64,000 nt of DNA from an uncultured Alphaproteobacteria bacterium (GCA_944389495.1 CALXMN010000001.1:78012-142011), one strand, 5' to 3'. Counted from the stretch's first letter, positions 28,951-39,092 are shown. Numbers and translations: made by a program. Notes: generated by a model not told the origin, from the sequence alone.

Positions 28951-29026
28951 TGGTATCCCCAACAGGACTTGAACCTGTATCAAGGGTTTAGGAAACCCTC
29001 GTTCTATCCAGTTGAACTATGGGGAC
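28951..29026 (-). tRNA. tRNA-Arg (anticodon CCT)
   Basis: Hand-folded. GTCCCCATAGTTCAACTGGATAGAACGAGGGTTTCCTAAACCC...GGTTCAAGTCCTGTTGGGGATACCA. Confidence 0.85.
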
Positions 29027-29118
29027 AACGAACTATATTTTATTCCCAGATTTTAATATTGCAAGTTGTAATCGCGACTTGTATAATAGCCCGGATAAAA
29101 AAAGGAAAGGTTTAAAAT

Positions 29119-30057
29119 ATGGGAAGCAGATTAATAGGATATGGTTCTTACCTGCCCGAACGGATTGTAACAAATTTTGATTTGGAAAAAATGGTTGACA
29201 CGTCCGACGAATGGATTGTTCAGCGTACGGGTATGCGTGAACGGCATTTTGCGCGTGATGACGAAACGGTTGTTGATATGGCAGCGGCGGCAGCATCGCG
29301 TGCGTTGGAAAATGCGGGCATTACGATAAACGACATAGATATGGTAATTGTTGCAACAACATCTGCGGAATTGGATTTTCCATCCGTCGGGGTCCAGGTT
29401 TTGGGGCGTTTGGGTGCAACGAACAATGCGCCGGCATTTGATGTGCGTGGCGCGTGTACGGGGTATATTTATGCGTTGCACTGTGCGCGTGCGTTTTTTT
29501 CGGCGGGCATTCACAAGCGCATAATGGTTATCGGTGCGGAAAAAATGTCGCGTTTCATAGATTGGTCTGATCGCAGTACCGCCGTGTTGTTTGGCGATGG
29601 GGCGGGCGCATTGATATTTGAACACTCCACGTCCAGTTATTCGGGTATTATTGATACGGTTGTGATGTCTGATGGAACGGAAATGGGGATGTTATACGGC
29701 ACGCCTGATCATCATATTATAATGAATGGGCCGGAAACATATAAAAAGGCTGTAACATTGATGCCTGCAGCGGCCAGTTATATTATGGAACACGCGGGAA
29801 TCACGGCGGATAATGTTGATTGGATTGTCCCGCACCAGGCGAATTTGCGCATTATTCAAAGTGGGGCACAACGTTTGGGATTCCCGCTTGAAAAAATATT
29901 GGTTACGGTTGACAAGCACGCGAATACCAGTGGTGCGTCCGGCGTACTTGCATTATCGTATGCATTTGATAATAATATTATAAAACGTGGTCAACTTGTT
30001 CTGTATCCTGCGTTTGGCAGTGGCCTGACCTGGGGTGCGGCATTAATCAGGGTGTAA
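29119..30057 (+). CDS. fabH: 3-oxoacyl-ACP synthase III
   Basis: Full-length FabH with active-site Cys (ACTGYIYAL), His (VPHQANLRI) and Asn (ANTSGAS). Confidence 0.9.
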   Translation: MGSRLIGYGSYLPERIVTNFDLEKMVDTSDEWIVQRTGMRERHFARDDETVVDMAAAAASRALENAGITINDIDMVIVATTSAELDFPSVGVQVLGRLGATNNAPAFDVRGACTGYIYALHCARAFFSAGIHKRIMVIGAEKMSRFIDWSDRSTAVLFGDGAGALIFEHSTSSYSGIIDTVVMSDGTEMGMLYGTPDHHIIMNGPETYKKAVTLMPAAASYIMEHAGITADNVDWIVPHQANLRIIQSGAQRLGFPLEKILVTVDKHANTSGASGVLALSYAFDNNIIKRGQLVLYPAFGSGLTWGAALIRV

Positions 30058-30060
30058 AAA

Positions 30061-30348
30061 ATGGCAACAATAACCAGAAGTGATTTTGCAAATCGTTTAC
30101 GTGAACGTTTCGGTTTAACAACCGCGGATGCGTTCAAGTTGGTTGATATAGTATTCGAAGAAATTCGTGAATCTCTTATTCACGGGGAAGAGGTTAAGTT
30201 TGCCGGCTTTGGCAGTTTTAAGATTCTTACCAAATCCCAGCGTATGGGGCGTAATCCGAAAACCGGGGCGCCGGCGATAATATCGGCCCGTCGTGTCGCG
30301 TCTTTTCGCCCCAGCAGCGAATTCAGAAAGCGGGTTGCAAAAAAGTAA
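30061..30348 (+). CDS. ihfA: Integration host factor alpha subunit (IHF/HU family)
   Basis: 95-aa HU/IHF fold with GFGSF and RNPKTG motifs. It follows fabH, as in alphaproteobacteria. Confidence 0.75.
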   Translation: MATITRSDFANRLRERFGLTTADAFKLVDIVFEEIRESLIHGEEVKFAGFGSFKILTKSQRMGRNPKTGAPAIISARRVASFRPSSEFRKRVAKK

Positions 30349-30352
30349 AAAA

Positions 30353-30376
30353 CACCGGCAATTGCCGGTGTTTTTT
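30353..30376. terminator. Bidirectional terminator CACCGGCA-AT-TGCCGGTG plus T6
   Basis: Perfect 8-bp stem with an A-run upstream and a T-run downstream. Confidence 0.7.
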
Positions 30377-30400
30377 ATTTGTGGCGTTGTGGCCATTTAC

Positions 30401-30961
30401 TTATGCACCAATGCCGCCGTTTTGTTTTTGTTGCAATTGCATTATAATCAATGTTTGCAATTTTTTTGTCGCGTTTTTTAACACATCCGGCGTCATATTT
30501 CCGGGATTTGTTGTGCTTTGGTTCTTTGTTTGGTGTGTATTATATTGCGCAACAATATTTTTTAGGGTATCCAGTGCAAAAGTCGTATTTTTTGCCGCCC
30601 GTTCGCGCCATTGTTGTTTTTTTGTATCGTCTGCATTAATTACGTCTTCGCGATGTTGGTTGGTCATCATTACCCGACCCCAGCGCACACTGTGTGCGGA
30701 AAAAATTTGTTTTAAATACAAAGATGCAGAATTTCGTTCATCGCGTGCCATAATAAATTGCTTGGTTTGTGCCAATGCTGTATACCACGCGCGCCCAAGA
30801 TTTCCGCCGCGCAGCCAATTTGTATATGTAAGATTATAAAACAGTTTAAAATATGCATCGGCCAATTTTTTCTTGTCTATGTTGCTGATTGATTTATGGG
30901 AATCTTGTGCAACACCTGCGCCTGAAATTATCGCGATATTTTTATCAAATTCATCTGTCAT
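30401..30961 (-). CDS. Hypothetical protein (186 aa)
   Basis: ORF with no recognised family; Lys/Gln/Thr-rich C-terminus. Confidence 0.4.
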   Translation of the reverse strand: MTDEFDKNIAIISGAGVAQDSHKSISNIDKKKLADAYFKLFYNLTYTNWLRGGNLGRAWYTALAQTKQFIMARDERNSASLYLKQIFSAHSVRWGRVMMTNQHREDVINADDTKKQQWRERAAKNTTFALDTLKNIVAQYNTHQTKNQSTTNPGNMTPDVLKNATKKLQTLIIMQLQQKQNGGIGA

Positions 30962-31199
30962 ATCTGCACCTCTTCATACCTGTTCATATTATTATAGGTA
31001 TATATTGATGCATTACAAGATTTTGTCACGTTGGAAATTTGCCTTTGACTTTATTCACATAATATAGCATCCTGAGTAACGGTTATGTCACAAAAACGCA
31101 CTGTTGCCAATAATGGGCGGGGCGGATATAGCCCGCGGTCTTGCCAATAATGGGGGCTGTGAAAATTCATTTCATCGCAAAAACGTAAGGAGTTAAAAG

Positions 31200-32216
31200 A
31201 TGAAAAAAAGTTTAAAATTGGCGGCTGTTGCATCTGTTTTGGCGACACCTGCTATGGCGGCTAATTTGGAAAATCCGTTGTATATGCCGACGGGGGGCGA
31301 GTTTTATTCCAAGACCGCCGCGGGCCTGATGTTAAAGGTCGCAGACAGTTCTGAGGCGCATATTCAAAAGGGGCACGATGGTGCAACCGAATTTCCGATT
31401 TGGCGTATCCAAGAAGATTTGGGTATTGGTATCACAGATCGTATTGCATTGCGTGGTGCGTTCCAGTATACACACGATGCCGACATTGATCGCAAGGGTA
31501 TAAATCACGGTCGTTTGGGACTGATTTGGCGTGCGGTTGAAACATCTGATGATATTGTATTGGATATATATGCCGATGCTCATTTGGGTGGTATTAATAA
31601 GATGCGCGGTGCGTATACATTGGCGCGCGATTTCCAATATGATAATTATTCCAACGGTCGCTGGGGGGTTGATGCCGGTGTTCGTTTTGGTAAAACGTGG
31701 AGCAAGTTAACCACAAGCGCATTTGTTGAAGTTCTGAAAACATTCGGCAGCAGTAACAATGTTATTGATGTTGCGGGTTTGAACACAGAAATGGGCGGAG
31801 TGTTGGCTTTGGCGGGCGTTCCGGATGAAATTTCCGTTGACCTGAAATCTACAACAGAGGTTAATTTTGGTCTGAACGCGTTTTATCAGTTTAACGATCG
31901 TTGGTCTATGGGTGCAGGCTTTAAATATAACCATCACGCAGACAATGGTGTAAAAAGTTTGGCGACCGATGTCGAATGGGCGCCGGTTGTCGGTGGTATG
32001 GTAAAACCAAGCATAGATGCGTTGATTGCTGATCTGTCTGATATGAACGATGGTTTTGATGAATACATTGTTACATTATCTGTTGCAAACCAGTTAACAG
32101 ATAATGTTCAGGTTGCGTTGTACGGCGAATATACATTCGATGATGCGCACGCAAATTCCCAAAACGGCACAGATGTCAAGGCCGAGATTGGGGTTCGTCT
32201 GAATCTGGCGTTCTAA
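31200..32216 (+). CDS. Putative outer-membrane beta-barrel protein
   Basis: Signal peptide MKKSLKLAAVASVLATPAMAANL, a GGAG ribosome-binding site, and a C-terminal ...RLNLAF. Confidence 0.45.
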   Translation: MKKSLKLAAVASVLATPAMAANLENPLYMPTGGEFYSKTAAGLMLKVADSSEAHIQKGHDGATEFPIWRIQEDLGIGITDRIALRGAFQYTHDADIDRKGINHGRLGLIWRAVETSDDIVLDIYADAHLGGINKMRGAYTLARDFQYDNYSNGRWGVDAGVRFGKTWSKLTTSAFVEVLKTFGSSNNVIDVAGLNTEMGGVLALAGVPDEISVDLKSTTEVNFGLNAFYQFNDRWSMGAGFKYNHHADNGVKSLATDVEWAPVVGGMVKPSIDALIADLSDMNDGFDEYIVTLSVANQLTDNVQVALYGEYTFDDAHANSQNGTDVKAEIGVRLNLAF

Positions 32217-32257
32217 GATTAATAAAATCAGTAAAAATATAACATATATTGGACAAA

Positions 32258-32287
32258 CGCCCCGCATTTACGCGGGGTGTTTTTGTG
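32258..32287 (+). terminator. Rho-independent terminator
   Basis: GCCCCGC-ATTTA-GCGGGG plus TGTTTTTGTG. Confidence 0.6.
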
Positions 32288-32312
32288 TTATGACAAGATA
32301 TTGTGAAAACGC

Positions 32313-32341
32313 TTTTATCAACAAGATTTTTGTGATATAAT
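32313..32341 (+). promoter_or_regulatory. Extended -10 promoter (TGaTATAAT) with a weak -35
   Basis: TATAAT at 32336-32341 is preceded by TG. Confidence 0.4.
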
Positions 32342-32366
32342 ATGCTAAAAGGAAAATGGAAAGGTA

Positions 32367-33446
32367 ATGAAAAAAGTCGGCTTTCTTGCGGCATTGACGG
32401 GCATTTTGTTTGGTGCATCGGGTGGGGCGGATGCCGCCACATACCCGGTTTATTCCGGGTACCAGGGTACTAATGCCGCGGGCCAGGTTGTAATGTTACC
32501 TACGACCGGTGGCACCGTCGTTCAAACGAATAATCAAAATGTGGCCAATCCAACCCGTGTAACGGGTACTTTGCCGCGTGTCGGTTCAAATTCAACAACG
32601 ACCGCCGGACGCCAGTATTATCAACCGGCGGACTTTGACCGTTTGGCAGACAGTGGACTGTATGTTGGGTTATCTGTTGGTTATTCGGCCAGTATCAGTG
32701 GTTCGGTTTTGTCCGAATATATGAACGAAGAATACGGCCAATTTGTTCCCGGCGCGTTTCAAGAGGCGGACTTTGATACCGATACGGTAATTCCATTACA
32801 GTTATCTGTTGGTGCATCGATTAATAACGATTTGCGTGTTGATTTTGGCTATTTGCGTTATTCTGGGATGGCGTACCCCAGTGTTGTTCAATCGGCCGAC
32901 GGCGTTGGCGGGTATGTAGAGGCAACCGTTGACGGCGGTGCGATTACGGCAAATGCCACAATGTTAAATTTGTATTATAATATTGATTCTTATACCGGAT
33001 ATTTGGCGGGGGGAATGCTGCGTCCGTATGTTGGCGTTGGTGTTGGTATTTCTTTGAATACAATTGCAGACTATGTCGTATATGATAATACGTTCTATTC
33101 GGAAATGGAGCCCAGTGTCGCGGGCCCCGGTGATTTAACCGGTATTTCGGATGTATACGCATATCATAATGGTGGCACATCGGAACAGTTGGCATTTATG
33201 TTCGAAGGTGGATTAACAACTGAAATGGACGGCGGCATAAAAATCGATTTCTTTGTCAGATACACCAACCTGGGCAAGGTCAGAACATCAGGCAGTATCA
33301 TTGTGTCCCAGACAGAATGGTTGGGTGACGGTGCGGGTGGCGAATATCCTGCACCATACGACAGTGTTTATCATTACACAAATTGGTACGAAGGTGGACG
33401 CCTCAGCACAATTGATTTGGGATTGCGGTTAAGATTACAGTTCTGA
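32367..33446 (+). CDS. Putative outer-membrane beta-barrel protein (porin/opacity-like)
   Basis: Signal peptide, Gly/Tyr-rich strands, and a C-terminal ...LRLRLQF. Confidence 0.45.
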   Translation: MKKVGFLAALTGILFGASGGADAATYPVYSGYQGTNAAGQVVMLPTTGGTVVQTNNQNVANPTRVTGTLPRVGSNSTTTAGRQYYQPADFDRLADSGLYVGLSVGYSASISGSVLSEYMNEEYGQFVPGAFQEADFDTDTVIPLQLSVGASINNDLRVDFGYLRYSGMAYPSVVQSADGVGGYVEATVDGGAITANATMLNLYYNIDSYTGYLAGGMLRPYVGVGVGISLNTIADYVVYDNTFYSEMEPSVAGPGDLTGISDVYAYHNGGTSEQLAFMFEGGLTTEMDGGIKIDFFVRYTNLGKVRTSGSIIVSQTEWLGDGAGGEYPAPYDSVYHYTNWYEGGRLSTIDLGLRLRLQF

Positions 33447-33517
33447 TAATTATTGCGCGGGCGTGGTTTGATTTGTCGCATCGTGGCGACATCACACAAC
33501 GGGCGGGATTAAAATTA

Positions 33518-35257
33518 ATGAAATCAAATCGTGCAATTATTCACTATACATTATTTGCGGCGTTGATTGGTATTGTATCCTTTGATGCGAATGCCGCGTT
33601 GCGTGTTGGAAACCATTCGCGCAGTTATGCCGAGGCATATCAACAGGTTAATTCTATGCGTAACCAAAATGCCGCCACCGTACCCCAGGCGCAAATGCAG
33701 CCGGCGGCCCCGGTTGTGGTAACACCATCAACCGATACAGAAAATAATTTGCCTGTGCACGTATCAGACGCGGACTTGGCGAATCAGATTGCCACCGGCG
33801 ATCGTAACAGTGCCGCGTTCAATCAATTAACACAATGTGCAATGATTTACCCCAACGGTGAATTTGCGTGGGATAATCCAACCTTGGGCAGGGGGGCCGG
33901 TGGTGCCGATACGTGCGTTGCGGTTGTTGAATTACGCGGGTACCAGGCTGCCCCCGATGGTTCCGATGTTGTTCTTGCGCGGGCGACATTGGCCGCCGGG
34001 GACACTGTGCGCTGTAACATATCAGAATTTCCCGAGGCGTCAATGGTGCCATCTGCGGTTGAAAATTTTGTTTTTCCGGCCGATGCCGAACCCACAATGG
34101 ACGACGTTATCGCGCAAATGAATCAAGAGCAGAAACAAAACGCCGGATTAAAAATCGCGGCGGGTGCGTTAATTGGCGGCCTGGGCGGGAATTTAACCGG
34201 TGCGAATGACCGTGGTAACGACAATTTATTGGGAACAGACCGTGGCAAGATGCAAAATACATTAATTGGTGCGGTGATTGGTTCTGCGGTGATGGCGGGC
34301 AATACCTATGCGGGCAAGGTTGCAGGTGACACAATTTTATCAACGGGTGTAAACGCCGCCGCGGGCAGTGTGATTGGTAATATGTCCGGTACGGGTGATT
34401 CCGTATTGCGTATTGAAAAATGTTCTATTACTGAAAATAACGTGGAACGCGAAACATCGTGTTTGTGGGGTGCTTTGGTTACCAGTACCAGTTTGGCGGC
34501 CGATGAAATTGCGTTTTATAACATAGATACTGATGAAACATATGTTTGTGATTCTGGATTCAAGAATTGCAAATCAGAAAATTTGGTTTCTATTTTTCTT
34601 GATGCATATCCAGATACGGACATAGATGATGTTGATCGTGCAGAAATGTTAAATCTGATACGTTCCGACGCAAATCAGCAATATTATATGGCGATAAATA
34701 ATGGCATAACAAGCTTTGTTCCTGCGTCTGATGTTACGTCTGTATCCGGCGTGGATACCAGTCGCGGTATATTTACAAAAATTAAATCAGCGGGTCGTAT
34801 TGATCGTCAAATTCCTGCATTAATCGAAATGCGTGATCGTGCATTTGGAATGAAACAATCCGATTGGCGTGAATGGCGCCGTGATAATGGTGGCGTTGTC
34901 AAGATTTATGGCCGTTCGTCGGATGGTAATGGTTATGTATTACCGGCGACATCAAATGCCAAGATACAAAATTTCTATCCGATGATGGTTGATGCCGCCG
35001 ACGGCAGTTTGATTGATTTCAGAAACAAAGCGCGTTTAAAAAGTACATTGATTGGCGCCGGTGTTGGCGGTGCACTGGGCGGATTTGCGGGGTACCAAGG
35101 TGCACAACTGGATGTTCAAAATCGTTGGGTTGCCGCGGTTCGTGAATACGAAGATTCTTTGACCAAGGTATATTGTGCCACGGGGAACAGATACCTTAGT
35201 GCATATAATGACACAGTGTTTATACCAAATATGACAACCACGTCTACATCGGAATAA
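33518..35257 (+). CDS. Secreted protein with three glycine-zipper segments
   Basis: Signal peptide MKSNRAIIHYTLFAALIGIVSFDANAA. Glycine-zipper segments are GxxxGxxxG-type (LIGGLGGNLTG, IGAVIGSAVMAG, LIGAGVGGALGGFAG). Confidence 0.4.
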   Translation: MKSNRAIIHYTLFAALIGIVSFDANAALRVGNHSRSYAEAYQQVNSMRNQNAATVPQAQMQPAAPVVVTPSTDTENNLPVHVSDADLANQIATGDRNSAAFNQLTQCAMIYPNGEFAWDNPTLGRGAGGADTCVAVVELRGYQAAPDGSDVVLARATLAAGDTVRCNISEFPEASMVPSAVENFVFPADAEPTMDDVIAQMNQEQKQNAGLKIAAGALIGGLGGNLTGANDRGNDNLLGTDRGKMQNTLIGAVIGSAVMAGNTYAGKVAGDTILSTGVNAAAGSVIGNMSGTGDSVLRIEKCSITENNVERETSCLWGALVTSTSLAADEIAFYNIDTDETYVCDSGFKNCKSENLVSIFLDAYPDTDIDDVDRAEMLNLIRSDANQQYYMAINNGITSFVPASDVTSVSGVDTSRGIFTKIKSAGRIDRQIPALIEMRDRAFGMKQSDWREWRRDNGGVVKIYGRSSDGNGYVLPATSNAKIQNFYPMMVDAADGSLIDFRNKARLKSTLIGAGVGGALGGFAGYQGAQLDVQNRWVAAVREYEDSLTKVYCATGNRYLSAYNDTVFIPNMTTTSTSE

Positions 35258-35258
35258 A

Positions 35259-35285
35259 AATCCCGCCATTGGCGGGAGATTTTTA
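35259..35285. terminator. Bidirectional terminator TCCCGCCATTGGCGGGA plus T-run
   Basis: Lies between convergent genes. Confidence 0.65.
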
Positions 35286-35292
35286 TTGTATA

Positions 35293-36654
35293 TCAAGAAT
35301 TTACTATTTCCATAACACGGCGTGGAACGTCATCAATTGCCACACGTTCCTGTTGCATAGAATCACGATGTCGCAGGGTTACGGTGTTGTCTTCTATTGT
35401 TTGGTGATCAACGGTTATGCAAACCGGTGTACCAATTTCGTCGTGCCGGCGATAGTTTTTACCAATATTTCCCGAATTTTCCAATTCTATGCGACCTATA
35501 TTTAATCGGCGCAGGTCGTTTTCAATATTATTTGCGATTGTCACAAGTTCTGGAACATTGCGCGCCAAAGGTATAACCGCAGCCTTGACCGGGGCCAATG
35601 CAGGCTTTAGTTTTAATACAATGCGTTTTTTCCCATCGCCCAGATCTTCTTCGGTATACGCGTCCAGCATAACGGCGAACATTGCGCGATTTACCCCCAT
35701 TGCGGTTTCAATTACAAAAGGGATAAAATTTTCACCGGTTTGTGGGTCGCTGTATGCCAATTTAACGGTACTGTCTTTATTTTCCATAACCTTGGCCTGG
35801 ATATTAAATTCGTTTTGCGATTTGGTATGTGAACCCAAATCAAAATCTTGGCGATTATGAACACCTTCGACTTCGTCAAAACCATCGGGAAATTCGTATT
35901 CAATATCACCCGCGGCCTTGGCATAGTGGGCCAATTTTTCGTGCGGTGTAAATCGCAATTTTTCCGCCGGAATTCCCAAAACGTCCGTCCACCAGGCCAT
36001 ACGAATTTTCTTCCACATTTCAAAGTATTTTTCGTCATCGGCCGGGTTTACAAAGTATTGCATTTCGGCCTGTTCGAATTCGCGCATACGGAACACAAAG
36101 CCGCGTGGTGAAATTTCGTTACGGAACGCCTTGCCGATTTGTGCGATACCAAACGGTAACTTGTGCGGACAGGCATCCAACACGTTTTTAAAGTTCACGT
36201 ATGTTGTGGTTGCCGTTTCTGGACGCAGATACGCATTTATTTCACCGTCTGCGGTTGCGCCGATGGACAATCCCATCATTAATTGATATGCGCGTGGCGG
36301 GGTTAAATCCGTACTGCCACAGTTATCGCATTTTGTTTGGTCACGCATTTTATCTTGGCGCATACGTGCACCGCATTTTTTGCATTCAACCAAAGGGTCG
36401 GAAAAACTGCCTTCGTGACCAGAATATTTCCACATTAATCGATTACTGATTAAGGCAGCATCCAAACCTTCTATGTCGTTACGAGAATACACCATAGCGT
36501 TCCACCAGGCGGCGCGTATATTTTTCATTAATTCAACCCCATATGGGCCATAATCGTATGCACCGCCCAGACCGCCATAAATTTCAGAACCTGTGAAAAT
36601 AAAACCGCGTCGTTTGCATAATGCGACAATATCATTAACTGTTTTTGCTGGCAT
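35293..36654 (-). CDS. glyQS: Glycine--tRNA ligase, alpha2 (dimeric) type
   Basis: 453 aa. MPAKTVNDIVALCKRRGFIFTGSEIYGGLGGAYDYGPYGVELMKNI... has class II motifs and a C-terminal anticodon-binding domain. This is not the glyQ/glyS tetrameric form. Confidence 0.85.
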   Translation of the reverse strand: MPAKTVNDIVALCKRRGFIFTGSEIYGGLGGAYDYGPYGVELMKNIRAAWWNAMVYSRNDIEGLDAALISNRLMWKYSGHEGSFSDPLVECKKCGARMRQDKMRDQTKCDNCGSTDLTPPRAYQLMMGLSIGATADGEINAYLRPETATTTYVNFKNVLDACPHKLPFGIAQIGKAFRNEISPRGFVFRMREFEQAEMQYFVNPADDEKYFEMWKKIRMAWWTDVLGIPAEKLRFTPHEKLAHYAKAAGDIEYEFPDGFDEVEGVHNRQDFDLGSHTKSQNEFNIQAKVMENKDSTVKLAYSDPQTGENFIPFVIETAMGVNRAMFAVMLDAYTEEDLGDGKKRIVLKLKPALAPVKAAVIPLARNVPELVTIANNIENDLRRLNIGRIELENSGNIGKNYRRHDEIGTPVCITVDHQTIEDNTVTLRHRDSMQQERVAIDDVPRRVMEIVNS

Positions 36655-36729
36655 TTTTAACCCCTAGATTTTACCGGATTATTGTTATACAGAATTTATT
36701 TATTTGCAACTGTTTATTGCAATAAAAAT

Positions 36730-36753
36730 GGGGCCTGGGGGCCCCGTTTTTTT
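36730..36753 (-). terminator. Terminator hairpin GGGGCC-TGGG-GGCCCC with flanking T/A runs
   Basis: Downstream of the ferredoxin gene on the minus strand. Confidence 0.55.
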
Positions 36754-36764
36754 GTGGGTTTGTA

Positions 36765-36947
36765 TTACTTGGCATCTGGGGCAATTGCCGCAACCGGGCA
36801 TACCGCCGCACAGGTCCCACACGAAATACACTTCGCCGGATCAATAACACATTTGCTGTCTGGACCGGTGGTAATTGCCGCAACCGGACAGGCACCCATA
36901 CAGGTATGACATCCAATACATTTTTCCGGATCGATTTTATAAGCCAT
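36765..36947 (-). CDS. 2x[4Fe-4S] ferredoxin (60 aa)
   Basis: Two CxxCxxCxxxCP motifs. Confidence 0.75.
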   Translation of the reverse strand: MAYKIDPEKCIGCHTCMGACPVAAITTGPDSKCVIDPAKCISCGTCAAVCPVAAIAPDAK

Positions 36948-36975
36948 TTTTTATTACTCCATTTTTTTGTTTTTA

Positions 36976-37716
36976 TTAATTTCTGTTCAGTAAACTTAAC
37001 AGATATTGGAACATTGCAACAAAGGATATGTACAGGTGTAATGCACCCAACACAGCCAACTGATTTTTTTGTGTCCCGTCACCCAATACGGCGTATGCGC
37101 GTTTTAAATTCTGCATATCATACGCGGTAAACAGCGCGAACACCAAAATACCGATAAAGCATACAATCGTACCGAATGTACCGCCAACAATTGCCGGCCA
37201 TATAAATGATGCCAATCCAACAAGGATTAACCCGATCATTCCCATAAACAGAAATATCCCCAAAAACGATAAATCTTTGACCGTCTTGTATCCGAACAAC
37301 GCCATACAGGCAAACATCACGGCCGCGATTCCAAACGCCGACAGAATGGTTAATGGATTATTTGTTACCGCAACCAACAACAACGGGGTTAATACCACGC
37401 CCGTTAAAATCGCGTACAGAAACAACATTAATGCACCGGTTGACGGCTTGAAACTGAATGCGCGCACCTGGGCCCAGATTGATAAAGCCAATCCACCGAA
37501 CAACAATATGTAATATACCGCCGATAAGCCGGTTTGCGTAAACAATACGGTCCACAATGGCGTTGCCACGGTAACATATGACGCCAGTGCCGTTACCGCC
37601 ACCGCCCCGAACATTAACGCAAAGATTCTTTTTAAATATGTTTCTATGCCACCGCCCGCCTGGACACGTGGTGCGGCGTTTGGCTTTGTCTTAATTGCAA
37701 CATTTTTGATTGCCAT
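36976..37716 (-). CDS. BAX-inhibitor-1/YccA-family membrane protein
   Basis: Seven TM helices with the characteristic C-terminal ...YDMQNLKRAY-type region. Confidence 0.65.
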   Translation of the reverse strand: MAIKNVAIKTKPNAAPRVQAGGGIETYLKRIFALMFGAVAVTALASYVTVATPLWTVLFTQTGLSAVYYILLFGGLALSIWAQVRAFSFKPSTGALMLFLYAILTGVVLTPLLLVAVTNNPLTILSAFGIAAVMFACMALFGYKTVKDLSFLGIFLFMGMIGLILVGLASFIWPAIVGGTFGTIVCFIGILVFALFTAYDMQNLKRAYAVLGDGTQKNQLAVLGALHLYISFVAMFQYLLSLLNRN

Positions 37717-37798
37717 TTTTTTCTCCTTGTTAGTTAAGACATTATATAATACAATAACTGTAATAATTCAAGGTAAAACAAAAAAAGGGGGAAATTAA

Positions 37799-38026
37799 AT
37801 GCCATCTAAAATGGAACAGGCGCGTCGTGCAAGAACCAAAATGATTGGTCAAAAACCGGACTCTATTACTGTACCGACACATTCGGACACAATCGCACAT
37901 TTAAAATTAGAATTGCAAAATGCGCGTCAAAAATTAAAAGAAAAACAGGCCGCCAATGACGATGCCGGTGTTGCGCGTATGATGAAAATAATCGAAAATT
38001 TGCAACAAACAATTAACAGAAACTAG
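37799..38026 (+). CDS. Small coiled-coil hypothetical protein (75 aa)
   Basis: GGGGGA ribosome-binding site. Predicted helical (LKLELQNARQKLKEKQAAND). Confidence 0.35.
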   Translation: MPSKMEQARRARTKMIGQKPDSITVPTHSDTIAHLKLELQNARQKLKEKQAANDDAGVARMMKIIENLQQTINRN

Positions 38027-38044
38027 TTTGAAAATCTTGGTAAT

Positions 38045-38887
38045 ATGGCGATTGTAATAGAACCGATTTCACCGGTTGCGTTTTCTGTATTTGGTCTGGA
38101 CATACGTTGGTATGCGTTGGCATATGTTGCGGCATTTGTTGTTGGGTATTTTATGCTGCGCCACTTTGTCAGACGTTCGGACGCCGCAATTCAATTGGAC
38201 AAGAAACAATTGGATGATTTATTAACCGCAATTATATTGGGGGTAATAATCGGCGGTCGATTGGGGTATGTATTGCTGTATAACCTGCCGTTTTTTTTGG
38301 CACATCCGTTGGAAATCTTTGCTGTGTGGCACGGCGGGATGAGTTTTCACGGCGGCCTTATTGGGGTAATTGTTGCGGTATTTTTGTTTGCGCGCGCCCA
38401 AATACGGCGCAAACGTATTACCGATACAACATATAAAACCGCGTTCAGAATTTTGGATATATTGGCGGTCATTACACCGATTGGCCTGTTTTTTGGTCGG
38501 ATTGCAAATTTTATTAATATGGAGGTTATGGGCCGGCCATCTGATGTGCCCTGGGCGGTTGTTTTTACGGGGCAAACACCAATTCCGCGCCACCCCAGCC
38601 CATTGTACGAGGCCGCCACCGAAGGCGTCTTGTTATTCATAATAATGTATTGCCTTTATCGGTTTACGAATTTACGTAAATACCCTGGTGCGCTTGGCGG
38701 AATGTTGGGGATGATGTATGCGACATTTCGTATATTCTGCGAACAGTTTCGTGCCCCCGATGTCCAGATTGGATTTTTAACCAGTTGGGGTTTAACGATG
38801 GGGCAATTATTGTCTGCAATAATGTTTATCGCCGGGGCAACAATATTTATTGTTTCATTAAGATTTTTCACCGATAAAAAATCTTAA
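38045..38887 (+). CDS. lgt: Prolipoprotein diacylglyceryl transferase
   Basis: Lgt signature (GGRLGYVLLYN ... HGGMSFHGGLIGV). Confidence 0.8.
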   Translation: MAIVIEPISPVAFSVFGLDIRWYALAYVAAFVVGYFMLRHFVRRSDAAIQLDKKQLDDLLTAIILGVIIGGRLGYVLLYNLPFFLAHPLEIFAVWHGGMSFHGGLIGVIVAVFLFARAQIRRKRITDTTYKTAFRILDILAVITPIGLFFGRIANFINMEVMGRPSDVPWAVVFTGQTPIPRHPSPLYEAATEGVLLFIIMYCLYRFTNLRKYPGALGGMLGMMYATFRIFCEQFRAPDVQIGFLTSWGLTMGQLLSAIMFIAGATIFIVSLRFFTDKKS

Positions 38888-39063
38888 ATTTATATCCAGA
38901 TTATTTAACATTAAACATATCGCCCAAAATCAATAAAACAAAAACAACCCATAGGGACGTTTTTGGCCCCAGGTCGTGGAAAGAGTGATTTTGATTAGTT
39001 TTGTTTCTATTTTTCTTGCATAACATTATAATTGCTAATTTCATTAATATATTATTTTTTACG

Positions 39064-39092
39064 TTGAATTTTTCTGTATCGATACTTATAAT
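39064..39092 (+). promoter_or_regulatory. Sigma70 promoter TTGAAT-17-TATAAT
   Basis: Read directly about 80 nt upstream of proS. Confidence 0.5.
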
